This document shows, piece by piece, positions 42,109 to 51,171 of a stretch of 64,000 nucleotides of DNA. The DNA comes from Diplonema japonicum. Taxonomy: Eukaryota > Protista > Euglenozoa: Diplonemea. The stretch lies in the NCBI GenBank assembly GCA_964019335.1, contig OZ025739.1:124001-188000 (forward strand), in the 5' to 3' direction. Below the pieces are notes generated by a model. That model was given only the letters and a program-made list of their open reading frames with translations. It was not told where the DNA came from and made no database searches. Numbering within the stretch: the stretch's first letter is position 1; every line of letters starts with the position of its first letter. Position numbers and translations under genes: made by a program.

Positions 42109-44742
42109 ATGGCACCACCACCACCACCACCACCACCACGACAACTCGGGTATCTAGCAGACTTCCGTCCGGCTTCAGAAGAAATGAAGCAAATAAGTAA
42201 GGAATGTGGTTTGGTGGTGCGGATGTACAACGGGGAAGCGTCGAGGGCAAAGGGAACGCACAGGGAGCCGAAGAAGGTACGAGAGTGGACGGTTTTGCTG
42301 GCGAAGATAAAAATCGTGGTGGAGGACCTCCGTGTCGACCCCGACGAGGTAAACGCCTTCATGAACAGGTTCGCGAGGAAAATAACAGACGAAAACGAGA
42401 AAATCCTAAACTCCGAACTCCACCGTTTGTCCAACCTGCGCAAGACACTCTATGACACATACCACTCCCTGAGCCAACGCTCCAGATCCTTGTCGAAGGT
42501 ACGGTACATCTTACTCCATGAAGATGACTACAGCGGTCCTCATTTTACAAGCGTGCTTCTCGAATCTCTTGAAACATACACAAAATCAACGGCGGACGCC
42601 ATTTATTTGATGTTCTCCCTGCGCGAATTCAGTGTTCGAGACCCTGCGACATCGTTCACCGGTTCCTACATAGCCTTTTTCGAACGGGTGCAAAAAGAAG
42701 CACGGCTCCTTAGTTCCGAGCCGAAAATTCAAGACACCGTGAAAAATATAACAGGAAACCCGTTGTTGCGTGATGTAACAGTGCCGTGCACAGCCGCTGT
42801 GAAAACCGCTGAAAAACTTCTCAGAGAATTCAATGAAGGCGTGGCGAAGGATGCTCTGGAGGCTGAAAAAGCGGAAAACACACTGAAATCGATAAACCCG
42901 CTCATCGTCACCGCTCAAAAATACGTAAGAGGATACTCTGCTAGAAAGCACTGCTTGAGACTGTTGCAACACCCACGCACCGTTAAATTCGTATCACACG
43001 CACCAACGCCATCACCGAAAGGGAAGGATCATATACCTTCCCTGCCTTCGCCAAGACTACTGCGGCGGGTGTCGTTCACGGATAAAAGCATAGGCACTGG
43101 TGAGGAATATTTCGCGATACCAAGTTGTAGACAGTCGAATCCCAACCGTCTCCCCATCACGAAGCACTCTGTTGAACAGCTACACACCATGAGAAGCAGA
43201 ACCAGAAGACGCCACACCATAACCCGGCCTTGCTTGGCATTACACGGTCGTTGCAACCCTCTTTGCATGACGAAAACAATTTTAAATCTGAAAACTCTGC
43301 ACTTTGCGATCCAACTGTTATCAGGCCCCATTGACACATCGTTCACCAATACGACAAATGTACCGCTTTTATCTGATGTTCCTGAAACGCCTTCTAGGAG
43401 GCAGAGCAGGCCATCTAAAATAGAGGTAAAGCCAAGACGGCCTGAGATGACGCAGTTGCAAAAACGATTGCAAACAGCTGTTTTGGAGGCGGAACAACCC
43501 AAAACGGAGAAGTGCCACCCTATAGAGATCGTGAAACGGCACTACAGATCCGCCACTACGGGTTCACGGTTTAAAAAGGAGTGTTTTGACGCTCTCCTCC
43601 TCCCGCCTCCTTTTAACGTTGGACTGAACAGAATCCCTTCCACAATCGTGGCTGGTATTGTGGTGTTGGTGCTCTCCGCTACATTGAAGAAAACGCGCCA
43701 CCGGTGGAACTCGAAAATCCGCGTGAACAGTATTATAAGCGCAGGGACGGGAACACACTCGAGACAGTCTGCGTCGGCGCTTAGCGGTTTCGTGTTTGGA
43801 AACAAGGAACACTTCGGTACACAACAAAAAGCCCAACGCGGCATCTCCGTGTCTCATTTTATCGCACTTGGAAAGCTCACAGTAAAGCACCGCCCAACAC
43901 GCGGTTTGCCTCTTACACAACCAGCTTGGAAACACAACAACCAAAGATGCGGGAACGAAATGGTTTGGCGTTTTGAAAACGGTCTCCTAAACCGTGCGAA
44001 ATCGATGCCTTGCAACGCACTGTCCACACGAAGATTGTCAAGGGCCCTGGGGAGGCTTCACAGAAACAGATCAAGAGAGGGCTCTCTTGACGAGTTCCCC
44101 GTGGAAACAGCGGACAAACCAAAATTACAAAAAGTATCCAAATGGCGGCCGATATTCTGCGGGGTGATTAAGGAAAGCAGAGTGCGTCGGTTCAGGACGC
44201 AAAGCACATTAAGGCTCTCAAAGGAAACTTTACGGCTTTACCAGATGTATCGTTGCTACGAGGTTTCAGAACGGACAATGCTCAGGGAGGCAGCTGCAGT
44301 TATTTTGCAGAATATGTGGAAACGCAGGGTGGCGTTAAAGGTGCTGGCGAGGCTTCGAGAACAAGAGGAGGCGGTTCATCGCGTCCTGATGCAGCGCAAG
44401 CTTGACTCAGAGATGAACCACGCGGTGATCCGCATACAAAAATGGTGGAAGCACATACTAGCGACCGATGACTTCCGTTACCTCCAGGAGACTGCCGCCG
44501 TGTTCATACAGCAGTGGTGGCACCATCTCCGGAAAATTAGCAGGCCGTTTGCGGAAAGGTTCTTCTGGCCGCTCATGGACCCTGCTAGGCACAGGTACCT
44601 CGTCCTTCTCCACGATGTCAAGCGTCTCTCTTTTTACACTTCACGCACCACGCGTCCCGGACTGGCCGCGCTGCTGACATCCTCACCCCTTCTTCAAAAT
44701 CTTTCCCTTACACAGATTCTTCTCGCTTCCCGCGCTTCGTAA
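42109..44742 (+). CDS. hypothetical protein with several IQ motifs and N-terminal poly-Pro
   Basis: 877-aa ORF; AQKYVRGY.AR, AAVILQNMWK, AVIRIQKWWK, AAVFIQQWW. Confidence 0.75.
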   Translation: MAPPPPPPPPRQLGYLADFRPASEEMKQISKECGLVVRMYNGEASRAKGTHREPKKVREWTVLLAKIKIVVEDLRVDPDEVNAFMNRFARKITDENEKILNSELHRLSNLRKTLYDTYHSLSQRSRSLSKVRYILLHEDDYSGPHFTSVLLESLETYTKSTADAIYLMFSLREFSVRDPATSFTGSYIAFFERVQKEARLLSSEPKIQDTVKNITGNPLLRDVTVPCTAAVKTAEKLLREFNEGVAKDALEAEKAENTLKSINPLIVTAQKYVRGYSARKHCLRLLQHPRTVKFVSHAPTPSPKGKDHIPSLPSPRLLRRVSFTDKSIGTGEEYFAIPSCRQSNPNRLPITKHSVEQLHTMRSRTRRRHTITRPCLALHGRCNPLCMTKTILNLKTLHFAIQLLSGPIDTSFTNTTNVPLLSDVPETPSRRQSRPSKIEVKPRRPEMTQLQKRLQTAVLEAEQPKTEKCHPIEIVKRHYRSATTGSRFKKECFDALLLPPPFNVGLNRIPSTIVAGIVVLVLSATLKKTRHRWNSKIRVNSIISAGTGTHSRQSASALSGFVFGNKEHFGTQQKAQRGISVSHFIALGKLTVKHRPTRGLPLTQPAWKHNNQRCGNEMVWRFENGLLNRAKSMPCNALSTRRLSRALGRLHRNRSREGSLDEFPVETADKPKLQKVSKWRPIFCGVIKESRVRRFRTQSTLRLSKETLRLYQMYRCYEVSERTMLREAAAVILQNMWKRRVALKVLARLREQEEAVHRVLMQRKLDSEMNHAVIRIQKWWKHILATDDFRYLQETAAVFIQQWWHHLRKISRPFAERFFWPLMDPARHRYLVLLHDVKRLSFYTSRTTRPGLAALLTSSPLLQNLSLTQILLASRAS

Positions 44743-44892
44743 AGTAATTTTTTTTTTCTTTTTTGCTATTAACATAGCACATCCCCCTTTCTTCACATTT
44801 CTTCCCCCCCCCTTCCCCCCCACGGGTTGAGCGAATCGAGGGTGGGAATAAAAGACACACGAAAAGGGAGTAGCGAGAGGGGAGAGAGACAG

Positions 44893-45499
44893 ATGACGTG
44901 TTACACCTGTGGGATGCATGGTCACATGGCGAGGGAGTGTCCCACCGGCGGGGACGCCGGCTACAACGCTGGAAGCGCGTGCTACAACTGCGGTGCTAGA
45001 GGGCACATTTCGAGGGACTGCCCCAACGAGCCCCAGTGCTACAACTGCGGTGAGACCGGCCACGTGTCAAAGGACTGCACCCAGGAGAGCAGGGGTGAGG
45101 GGAGGTCGTGCTTCAGCTGCGGGAAGACCGGGCACTTGTCTCGGTAAGTCATGTTAAATGAGGGGGGAAAAAAAAATCCAATCCACAGCGACTGCCCCCA
45201 GGGTGGCAAAGGCGGCAGCAAGGGAAGGAATGTAGAATGCTACAACTGCGGCGGGTACGGGCACATGTCTCGGTATGATAGGCCCTTATTAGGGGGGGGG
45301 GGGATCATGGAATAATAACAACAAAACAGTCAATGCACCAGTAACAGGGGTGCCTACAACAGGGGGTCTTATGGTGGTGGGAAGGGTTACGGTGGTGGTG
45401 GCGGCGGCAAGGGCTACGGTGGCGGCAAGGGTAGCTACGGCAGGGGCAACAAGTGCTACGGGTGTGGTGACTACGGCCATTTCGCAAGGTACCTTTTCC

Positions 45500-45530
<31 letters not shown>

Positions 45531-45691
45531 ATTGCCCCGCTGGTGACAGCTATGGTGAGAAGAAGTGTTACAACTGCAGCGAGACCGGGCACCTCTCCCG
45601 GGACTGCCCCACCAAACCTGAGGGTGCCAACAGATGCTATACCTGTGGGGAACCTGGTCACATGGCCCGTGAGTGCCCCCAGGCCAACTAG
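44893..45691 (+). CDS. CNBP/UMSBP-like protein Z1, 8 CCHC knuckles; join(44893..45143,45189..45272,45330..45488,45529..45691)
   Basis: CxxCxxxxHxxxxC repeats; three phase-2 introns, each in the knuckle Arg codon. Confidence 0.9.
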
Positions 45692-46293
45692 GTAAAAAAT
45701 ATGCTTTCTTTTTTTTTTTTTTTTCCTTCCCTCCTTTTCTCCTCCTCCCGTGAAAAAAAAGAAGGGTTTTTTTGATAGTGTCCACCTACCCCTCCCAGCT
45801 CACTTTATTTTTTTTTTCTCGGTCGTTTTTTCTTCTTCTTTTTTTTCCCCTTCCCTTTGCTTTTAAATAAGACCCTCCTTTCTTTTTTTTTTTAAACTTT
45901 ATTTTTTGTTTTCTCGTTCTCCATTCATTATGGATTTGAACGTGGCAAAAAAAAAAAATGAAAAAGGGAACAATTTCTCTTTTTTTTGTTTAATTTTTCC
46001 TCCTTGTGGTGGGATGAGAGGTGTGAGGGGAAGAGGGGGGGGGGGGGGGGGGGCAATTGATGAGATTGATAAGAAACAGAAGAAGGGAGAAAAAGTCAAT
46101 ATTTTTTGAAATTGCCCCCCCCCCCCACCTCCAGTAGTCTTTTTTTTTCCGTTTTTTATTATCCCCCCTTCCTTAACAAGACAAAAGAAATATTATTTAA
46201 AATCTCCTGTTTTATTTTTATTTTTTTTTCTTCATTTTTTTTTTCTTTCTTTTTTTCTGGTATCAGAAATTTATTTCCAAAAATAGCTATTTA

Positions 46294-46854
46294 TTGCCAA
46301 CAAATAATGAGTCATTATTTAACTCGAGTTCCCGAATTTTTTGCACGAGGGCCCTGCGGGCCCTCGTGCAAAAAAACGGTAACGAGTGTTAAATAATGAC
46401 TCATTTGGCGGCAAGTAAGTCGTTTTATTTCACTTTTCGTCATTTGAGTCACTCACTCTTCACTGCTTTCACTGCTGTTTTTTTTTCACGCAGGTCAGCT
46501 TTTTGGGGGTTTTCCTAAGGTAATACAGGGTGGCTATTTCGCCGTGGCATTTAAAGGGGAGGTAAGGCACTTATTCCCACTTTTAAGGGCTGGAATGGCC
46601 TCAGATGGCCAAAAATAGTCAAAATACCCCACCTCAAAAAAATTTTCAAGGGGTTGGGTGCATTTTTTTCCACGGCGAGACTCATTTTTCCACTCTGAAG
46701 GGCCATTATTTAACTGCAAAATCTCATTATTTAACTAGTTAAATAATGGCGATTTCGCGTTAAATAATGGCCATTTCGCGTTAAATAATGGCCATTTCGC
46801 GTTAAATAATGAGGCCCCTAGTGAGTGAAGAAAATGACGAAGAGTGAAATAAAA
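46294..46854. mobile_element. non-autonomous fold-back element (long hairpin, 35-bp inverted repeats, 21-bp phased repeats)
   Basis: Hairpin 46306-46405; inverted repeats 46423-46457 and 46820-46854 (31/35 match); eight copies of GTTAAATAATG counting both strands; no ORF. Mobile-element status is inferred. Confidence 0.6.
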
Positions 46855-46887
46855 AAAAAAAAAAAAGATTAAGAGAAAAAAATAAAC

Positions 46888-48084
46888 ATGTCATGCTACA
46901 AGTGCGGAGAGGAGGGCCATATGGCCAGGGCGTGCCCTAAGGGCGGGGGTGAGAACTGCTACAACTGCGGCGAGCCCGGACACATCTCCCGGTATTAACT
47001 TTTTTTTTTTTTTTTTTTTTTTAAATCTCCACACACAGCGACTGCCCCGACCGCCGCCGTGGTGGTGGTGACGACAGGGACAGGAGGGGAGGAGGTGGTG
47101 GTGGTGGTGGTGACTGCTACAACTGCGGCAGGCCCGGGCACATGTCTCGGTATGGCTTTTACTTTTCATCTAGACGAGATTACATTTTTTTTTTGACACT
47201 TTCTTTACCTGAGGCTTCAAGGCGAAGTTGCCGCGTACTCTCTCGCTGCTTCTGCCTATTTCAATGCCTCCTGCAGGGGGTCCCCGGCGTGTCTCGCCGG
47301 TATCTTTATTATCGTCTCCACTCGCCCGGGTGCCCAAAAATCAATGCAAAAATGTGCCGAGCAAAAAAAGACTTTCGCAGCTTTTTTTTTTTAAAACCCC
47401 CTTTTTTTTGCTCGTGCGAACAAACAAAGACATATAGTCATAAAGAATTCTTTTTTTTTTTTTTTGGTGGAATGCTGCATGACTTTCGTTTTAAAAAAAA
47501 AAAATAATAATAATAATAAAAAAACCCAGCGACTGCCCCGACCGCCGTGGTGACGACAGGGACAGGAGGGGAGGCGGTGGTGGTGGTGGTGGTGACTGCT
47601 ACAACTGCGGCAAGCCCGGTCACTTCTCCCGGTATGTTTAAAGAAGTGGGTGGGGGAAAAAAAAAAATCCAGCGAATGCCCCGAAGCTCGCCGTGGTGGT
47701 GACGACAGGGATAGGAGGGGAGGAGGTGGTGGTGGTGACTGCTACAACTGCGGCAGGCCCGGTCACTTCTCCCGGTATGTTAAGAAAAAAAAAAAAGGAA
47801 AACAAAACACAGCGAGTGCCCTGACGCCCGCCGTGGCAGGGGGGACTCTAGGGACAGGAGGGGAGGTGGCGGTGGTGGTGACTGCTACAACTGCGGCAAG
47901 CCCGGACACTTCTCCCGGTATGTTTGGAGGGAAAGAAAAAGAAAAAAAAAAAAGTGAGTGCCCTGACGCCCGCCGTGGTGACTCCAGGGACAGGAGGGGC
48001 GGTGGTGGTGGTGGCGGCGGTGGTGGCTGCTTCAACTGCGGTGAGCAGGGTCACTTCTCCAGGGAGTGCCCCAACAGGAGGTAG
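46888..48084 (+). CDS. CNBP/UMSBP-like protein Z2, 7 knuckles with RRGDDRDRRGGGG linkers; join(46888..46991,47039..47149,47530..47631,47673..47774,47813..47917,47955..48084)
   Basis: Five phase-2 GT-AG introns at the same knuckle position; internal exons 111, 102, 102 and 105 nt. Confidence 0.88.
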
Positions 48085-48431
48085 ATACTTAATGAGCTCC
48101 GTACAATCAGGTTAAATTAGTTGGGGGGAGGGGGGACAAAAGTTTCTTGACATTATATTTATCATTTTCACCCCCACCCCCCATTCATTTGTTTTATTTT
48201 AGTGAGTTTAAAAAGGAAAAAGGGGGGGGGGATAAAAATAAAGCATTTTTTCTCCGTCCCTTTTTTAAAAAAAAGCAGCAGTGGAAAAAAAAAAAAAAAA
48301 GAAAGAAGTTTTTTTTTAAGAAAAAAAAAAGAGTTTTTTTTCCCCAGTGTCTTAACATTTTTTTTTTGCCGCCCAGCACGTACATCCACAGACCTCTTCA
48401 AAGGTCGTCTCTTATGCATTATTTGTTTCTT

Positions 48432-48465
<34 letters not shown>

Positions 48466-48591
48466 TTTACATCTCCCTCTCCAGCCCAACCCATGCATAG
48501 CCCTTCTTTCTTTTTTATGTTTTTTTTTTTTTCTTCAGAGCGTTGTTTGAAGTGAGACTAATCCGTTTTCAGTTATCAATTTAACCCGAAA

Positions 48592-49297
48592 ATGTCGTGC
48601 TACACCTGCGGTGAGGAGGGACACATGTCGAGGTATGCACTTTGAAAACAAAAAATTCTTTCAGGAACTGCCCCAAGGGCAAGTCGGCCTCGAGCATGTC
48701 TTGCTACAACTGTGGCGAAACCGGCCACATGTCCAGGGAGTGCCCCCAGGGCGGTAAGATGGGTGGTGGTGGCGACAGGTCGTGCTACAACTGCGGCGAA
48801 ACCGGTCACATCTCCCGGTACGCCATTTAAAAAAAATTTTTTTAAAAAAAAAAATGTTTACCTTCAGTGACTGCCCCACTGGGAGGTCCGGTGGTGGCGG
48901 CGGTGGCAAGTGCTACGAGTGCAACGGGTACGGCCACATGGCGCGGTATGACAACAGCAAAGAAAAAAAAAGAAGGGGAAAAAAAAAATACAGTGAGTGC
49001 CCCAACAAGGGCAGCGGTGGTGGTGGTGGCAAGTGGGGTGGTGGTGGCCACGGTGGTGGCAAGGGTGGCAGCATGAAGTGCTACGAGTGCGGCAACTACG
49101 GCCACATGGCCCGTGACTGCACCAAGGCCGGTGGTGGTGGTGGTGGCAAGTCGTGCTACAACTGCGGTGAGTCCAACCACTTCGCTAGGGACTGCCCCAC
49201 GGCCCCCAGCGGTGGCAGCAGGGGTGGTGGCGGCAGGGGTGGCTGCTACTCCTGCGGGGAGACCGGCCACATGGCCCGTGACTGCCCCAACAACTAG
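48592..49297 (+). CDS. CNBP/UMSBP-like protein Z3, 7 knuckles; join(48592..48632,48665..48817,48868..48945,48994..49297)
   Basis: CCHC repeats with Gly linkers; three phase-2 introns. Confidence 0.9.
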
Positions 49298-49316
49298 ACT
49301 CTGAACCAATGTTTGC

Positions 49317-49441
49317 GGTCACTTCTTCCGGTATGCTCCATACATCTAACAAACCCTTACAGCGAGTGTCCTGAGATGCCTCAGGGAAGGAAGATGGTGG
49401 TGCGAGAAAAAAAAAGTTTTTTTGAAAAAAAATTGGGGTAG
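49317..49441 (+). pseudogene. relic zinc-knuckle junction with intact 32-nt intron (49331-49362) downstream of the Z3 stop
   Basis: ggt cac ttc ttc cg|gtatg...ttacag|c gag tgt cct reads GHFFR|ECP. Confidence 0.65.
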
Positions 49442-49750
49442 AGAGGACGTAGGACCTAAGGAAACGAGTGTTCCACATCTACAACACCCACACAACACAC
49501 ACACACCCAGCAACACATCCACATATTTTGAGAGACAAGGCAAGTTTTGAATCGGCAGGGGATTGCGTGATAAGGAACAGTGCCCTGTGGCCTCTGCTTG
49601 TTTTTTTCTCAGTTTATATTTCACTTTTTTTTTTTTTTTTTATGACCCCAACCCAAAATCTCATTATTATTATTATTATTATTATTATTTTCTTTTGTAA
49701 CACGGTTTGTCAGCCAAACACAGCTATTTGTTTAAACCCCCCCAAAAAAA

Positions 49751-50469
49751 ATGGCGTGCTACAACTGCGGTGAGGAGGGACACATGTCGAGGTATGCACA
49801 AGAGAAAAAAAAAAGAATAAAAGGGAATTTTTATAAAAAATCCTTCAGGAACTGCCCCAGCGAGAGGAAGACGGGTGGTGGTGGCGACAGGTCGTGCTAC
49901 AACTGCGGCGAAACTGGTCACATGTCCAGGGAGTGCACCCAGAGGAAGACTGGGGGTGGTGGTGGCGACAGGTCGTGCTACAACTGCGGCGAAACCGGTC
50001 ACATCTCCCGGTATGTCAATAAAAAAAACCCCCCCTATTACCTTCTTCAGTGACTGCCCCACTGGGAGGTCCGGTGGTGGCGGTGGCAAGTGCTACGAGT
50101 GCAACGGGTACGGCCACATGGCGCGGTATGACAACAGCAAAGAAAAAAAAGAAGAGAAAATACAGTGAGTGCCCCAACAAGGGCGGTGGTGGTGGTGGCA
50201 AGTGGGGTGGTGGTGGCCACGGTGGTGGCAAGGGTGGCAGCATGAAGTGCTACGAGTGCGGCAACTACGGCCACATGGCCCGTGACTGCACCACCGGTGG
50301 TGGTGGTGGTGGCAAGGGCAGCGGCAAGTCGTGCTACAACTGCGGTGAGACCAACCACCTTGCCAGGGACTGCCCCACGGCCCCCAGCGGTGGTGGTGGC
50401 AGCAGGGGTGGCTGCTACTCCTGCGGGGAGTCTGGCCACATGGCCCGTGACTGCCCCAACGCCAACTAG
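49751..50469 (+). CDS. CNBP/UMSBP-like protein Z4 (recent paralog of Z3), 7 knuckles; join(49751..49791,49849..50010,50051..50125,50166..50469)
   Basis: Same exon structure as Z3 with highly similar exons. Confidence 0.9.
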
Positions 50470-51171
50470 ACCTTGAAACTCGAGTTGCTCCCACCCTTTT
50501 CCCCGCTCTCTTTTCAATTTTTCTTTTCTTATTTTTACTTATTTTTTTACCTCCATAGTTAGCTCCTCGCACCGGATTTTAGTTTTTTTATATTATTTTT
50601 TAACAACTTTTTTTTTTTTTTTTCCCCAATGGGTCATCAACGCGGGGAAAAAAAAGAAAAAGAAAAAGTAACTTCCTCCCACGTGACATGGTTTTTTTTT
50701 CTCCCCAACCCCAAGCCAGAATAAGAGAAAGAAGAACACAAAAAACGAGAAAAAAAAAAAAAGTAGCATTGCGAGAAAAAAAAAAAAGGAGAAGAAAAGT
50801 GGTGAGAGTCCGAATCCGAACCGTTCTGAATGAAGAAAAAAAGGAGTTTTTTTTTTTTTTTTGAAAACATTTTTGCATAATAGTCATCAAGGGGAAAGAG
50901 GGAGGGAAGGGAAAGTTAAAAAACAAACTAACCGCCCTCTTTCCACCCCCCCCCCCCCCCACTTATTACTTTATAAAAAGAGGAAGAACTACTTCTCAGT
51001 ACTATTTCTAAAAAAAAAAAAGCCCCCCCTGCTCCAAGAAAAAGGGAAAAAACCACACTCACATTTTTTTATTTTTGTTATTTTTTGAAGAATATTACCT
51101 ACGCTTGGAGAGCTAAAGTTAGAAAGAAAGAAAACACAGGGGGAGGGGAGGAGAGGGGGGAGGAAGGGACA

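Noticed and set aside
46738-46811. Regularly spaced repeats resembling a CRISPR array
   Set aside because: The spacers are near-identical 10-mers, the unit is only 21 bp, there are no cas genes and the context is eukaryotic.
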